The translations under genes and the position numbers were made by a program. 64,000 nucleotides of DNA, taken from a bacterium. GTDB lineage: Bacteria; UBA8248; JACPRG01; G963555815. Location of the stretch: NCBI GenBank assembly GCA_965218795.1, contig OZ244653.1:2624001-2688000 (forward strand), given 5' to 3'. The notes below the pieces were generated by a model that made no database searches, was not told where the DNA came from, and saw nothing but the letters and a program-made list of their open reading frames with translations. Position 1 is the stretch's first letter. Each line of letters opens with the position of its first letter. Shown in pieces: positions 61,067-64,000 of the stretch.

Positions 61067-62314
61067 ATGAGATCATCCACCGGCCGCTGGGTGAGCGGCA
61101 ACGACTTTTTCGATCGCAAATCCGAACTGCGAATACTGGAAACACGGGTTCACGACCGCAACCACGTGTTGCTGACCGGACAGCGGCGCATGGGAAAGAC
61201 CAGCCTCGTCCGGGAGCTCGGGCGACGGCTCGAGGCCGAGGGCTGGATCTTCCTCTTCACGGATGTCGAGGGAGCGACCTGCCCGGAGGATGCGATCGCG
61301 GATATCGCGCAGGCCGTGCACCCGGTTCGCTCGATCGCGGCGCGTTTCGCCAGCGGGATGAAGCGGTGGTTGAACGACAACGTCGAGGAGGTCAGCGCAC
61401 TCGATTTTCGCGTGAAGATACGCGCCGGACTGAATGCCGGAAGCTGGCGGCGTCACGGGGAAAAGTTGCTCCGCGACTGCGCCGAGCATGACGAGCCGGT
61501 TCTCCTCGTCATCGACGAGCTTCCGATCTTCCTCAAGCGGATGCTTCGCCATGACGACGGCGACGCGCGACGGGTGGACGAGTTCCTGAGCTGGTTGCGC
61601 GGTGTTCTTCAGGCGCTCGGCGACGGCTCCCTAGTCCTCATCGTATCCGGCAGCATCGGGCTCGAACCCCTCGTGCGCAGGCTCGGCATACCCGACCGCA
61701 TCAACCATCTCTACTCCTATCGCCTGGGGCCGTGGAGCCGCGACGCCAGCGTCGCGTGTTTCACTCGTCTGGCGGAGAGTCATGGATTGCGGGTGGAGGA
61801 CGGTGTGGCGAACGCGGTGTACGAAGCGCTGGGCATCGGCATCCCCCATCACGTTCAGTCCTTCTTCGCGCGTCTGCGGGATTTCACCGCGATGCAGGGG
61901 CGGGACCGGGTAACGGTGGAGGATGTCGGCGAGGTCTATCGCAACGCGCTTCTGGGGCCTTCGGGACAGAACGACCTTGTTCACTATGAGACGCGCCTCA
62001 AGGAGGGTCTGGAAGACGAGAGCTACACCATTGCCATGGAGATCCTCGCCGAGGCGGCCACGCAGGAGACGTTCACGCCGGGTGCGAGGCGCTGTCTCGA
62101 ACGGTTGTATTCGGTTTTGGTGGACAATGCGCCCGGGTGCATCGCGGATGTGCTCGAAGTGCTGGTGCACGACGGCTATCTGGAAGCCGGCGAGGATGGC
62201 CATCGCTTCCCGTCGCGTTTGCTCAAGGACTGGTGGTCGGCGCGCTTCCGCGACCATCACACACCCCTCGAAAGCCGCCGTCTGGACGATGAATCGCCGG
62301 AGCGCATGGAATGA
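61067..62314 (+). CDS. P-loop ATPase (archaeal-ATPase/STAND-like)
   Basis: FFDR..E, GQRRMGKTS, LLVIDE, SGS.GL and GIP..VQ motifs. Confidence 0.85.
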   Translation: MRSSTGRWVSGNDFFDRKSELRILETRVHDRNHVLLTGQRRMGKTSLVRELGRRLEAEGWIFLFTDVEGATCPEDAIADIAQAVHPVRSIAARFASGMKRWLNDNVEEVSALDFRVKIRAGLNAGSWRRHGEKLLRDCAEHDEPVLLVIDELPIFLKRMLRHDDGDARRVDEFLSWLRGVLQALGDGSLVLIVSGSIGLEPLVRRLGIPDRINHLYSYRLGPWSRDASVACFTRLAESHGLRVEDGVANAVYEALGIGIPHHVQSFFARLRDFTAMQGRDRVTVEDVGEVYRNALLGPSGQNDLVHYETRLKEGLEDESYTIAMEILAEAATQETFTPGARRCLERLYSVLVDNAPGCIADVLEVLVHDGYLEAGEDGHRFPSRLLKDWWSARFRDHHTPLESRRLDDESPERME

Positions 62315-64000
62315 ACGAATTACGCAATCGGCCGATCCGCAAGTTCAATCCGGGGACATTCCAGTCCGACGATGAGGTGACCAAGCAGTTTGTGGTCCGG
62401 AACCGCGAGCTCGAGATCGTGCTTGAGGTCCTCCGCGGGAACATGGATTCGCCTTCGTGCCAGCACGTCCTGGTTGTCGCCCCTCGCGGCCGAGGGAAAA
62501 CCATGCTGCTGGCCCGCACCGCCGCGGAACTGCGCACTGACAACGAACTCTCCGGGCACCTGTTGCCGGTCCGGTTCATGGAAGAGAACCAGGAGATCTT
62601 CGATCTGGCCGACTTCTGGCTGGAGACGCTCTTCCACCTCGCCAGGGATAGCGCCGCGCATGATCCGGAGTTCGCGCGGGAGCTGCGGGAGACGCATGCC
62701 GCCCTGGCCGTCCGCTGGCGCGAGCAGGCCCTCGGAGAGCACGCCCGGACCGTGGTCCTGGAAGCGGCGGACCGGCTCGGCAAGAAGCTCGTGCTCATGG
62801 TCGAAAACCTTCAGGCCCTTTGTGAGAACGTGGATGAGGATTTCGGCTGGAATCTTCGCAGGGTGCTCCAGTCGGAACCCCAGATCATGCTGCTCGCCTC
62901 CGCTACCAGTCGTTTCGCGGGGCTGGACGATGCGAAGCAGCCGTTTTTCGAGCTGTTTCGAACTGTCGATCTGCAACCCCTGGCTACCGAAGAGTGCCGT
63001 CGCCTGTGGCGGGTCGTCAGCGGCGACGCGGTGAGCGGGCGCGAGATCAGACCGCTTCAGATCCTGACCGGCGGCAGCCCCCGCCTCCTGGTCATCGTCG
63101 CCGGGTTCGCGCGGCACCGGTCCCTGCGCCGGTTGATGGAAGAGCTGGTCACGCTGATCGACGAGCACACCGAGTATTTCCGTGGTCATCTGGAGGTCCT
63201 GCCCAAGAGCGAACGCCGAGTCTATCTCGCGGTGATCGACCTCTGGCAACCGTCGAGCACCAGCGAGATCGCGGCGCGGGCCCGCATGGGCGTTCGAACC
63301 GTCTCGACCATGATCGGACGACTGATCGACCGGGGGGCGGTGATCCTGGACCCGGCAAACAGTGGTAAGAGGCGGTTGTATGCCGCCACGGAACCTCTCT
63401 ACAGCATCTATTACAAGCTGCGGCGTGAACGCAACGAGGCGGCGGTGGTGCGAAACCTGATCCACTTTATGGCGGTGTTCTACAGCGAAGGCGAACTGGC
63501 CGGGATGTACGGCCAGATGATCGTGGAGGCGGCGGGATCGCCGGCCATTCGCGAGGGAATCGAGCGGGCACTGGTCGAACTACCACAAATCGGCAGCGCC
63601 TTGTTCGGCGCGGTATGGCAGGGCATCGGACAAATACCCAACCAGTCCGAAGCGGTCGACAAGAGAAGGGCCGAGCACTTCACCGAAACGATCACGAAGG
63701 CGTTCGACGAAAGAGATTTTGAGAGGGTCATCGAGATTGTGGACAAGGCTTCCACCTTCCCGAGCACAGAGTGGTCTGGAGTTCCGGAGTCGCTCATTGC
63801 TTGGGGGGGTACTCGGAAAGCGTTTGCTCTTGACGAATTGGGCGACACCAAAGCGGCAATTGCGACCTATGACGAGGTCATTGAACGCTTCGACGCCAGC
63901 GAGTCGCAACAGTGTCAGCTTCAGGTCGTGATCTCGGTGGTGTGTAAACGAGTGGTGCAAGAGGAAATCACTGAATCCCAAGCCGACATGATGATTTATG
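62311..64000 (+). CDS. STAND-like ATPase with winged helix and TPR-like repeats (runs off the window; absent from the ORF track)
   Basis: Hand translation from ATG 62311: KFNPG, APRGRGKT, LVLMVENL, TGGSPR, wHTH (SEIAARARM....VST.IGRL), then LGD...AIATYDEVIERF. Confidence 0.85.
   Translation, partial: MNELRNRPIRKFNPGTFQSDDEVTKQFVVRNRELEIVLEVLRGNMDSPSCQHVLVVAPRGRGKTMLLARTAAELRTDNELSGHLLPVRFMEENQEIFDLADFWLETLFHLARDSAAHDPEFARELRETHAALAVRWREQALGEHARTVVLEAADRLGKKLVLMVENLQALCENVDEDFGWNLRRVLQSEPQIMLLASATSRFAGLDDAKQPFFELFRTVDLQPLATEECRRLWRVVSGDAVSGREIRPLQILTGGSPRLLVIVAGFARHRSLRRLMEELVTLIDEHTEYFRGHLEVLPKSERRVYLAVIDLWQPSSTSEIAARARMGVRTVSTMIGRLIDRGAVILDPANSGKRRLYAATEPLYSIYYKLRRERNEAAVVRNLIHFMAVFYSEGELAGMYGQMIVEAAGSPAIREGIERALVELPQIGSALFGAVWQGIGQIPNQSEAVDKRRAEHFTETITKAFDERDFERVIEIVDKASTFPSTEWSGVPESLIAWGGTRKAFALDELGDTKAAIATYDEVIERFDASESQQCQLQVVISVVCKRVVQEEITESQADMMIY

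Overview
A GC-rich bacterial accessory region with no core genes, rRNA, tRNA or CRISPR array. (i) 1-21.6 kb: small cargo genes, a BMP-type nucleoside ABC transporter with an amidohydrolase and a hydantoinase-B fusion, and an NMT1-like binding protein. These sit among four copies of a repeat built from a tyrosine-integrase 3' tail, decayed IS1182/IS1380/IS3/IS110 elements and an ORF-less group II intron nested in an IS66-like MITE. (ii) 21.7-37.3 kb: higA, recQ, a topB pseudogene, a LysR regulator, a DcaP-type porin, a DUF1778/GNAT toxin-antitoxin pair, a bactofilin, an IS3-split inverse-autotransporter-like gene and a repeat-rich Ig-like lipoprotein. (iii) 37.4-60.7 kb: an F-type conjugative region with a CI/Cro-Xis switch; several pilus genes carry internal deletions while traD and traI (MOBF) look intact. 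A two-ATPase (STAND-like/TPR) operon follows and runs off the window. The most notable signal is an IS110 whose predicted bridge-RNA target loop matches the catalytic HSD-R-G codons of the resident IS3 transposase, at the point where it interrupts an IS3 copy; an IS3-derived 72-bp mini-element truncates that IS110 in turn. All calls come from motif recognition and alignment by eye; no database search or folding program was run.
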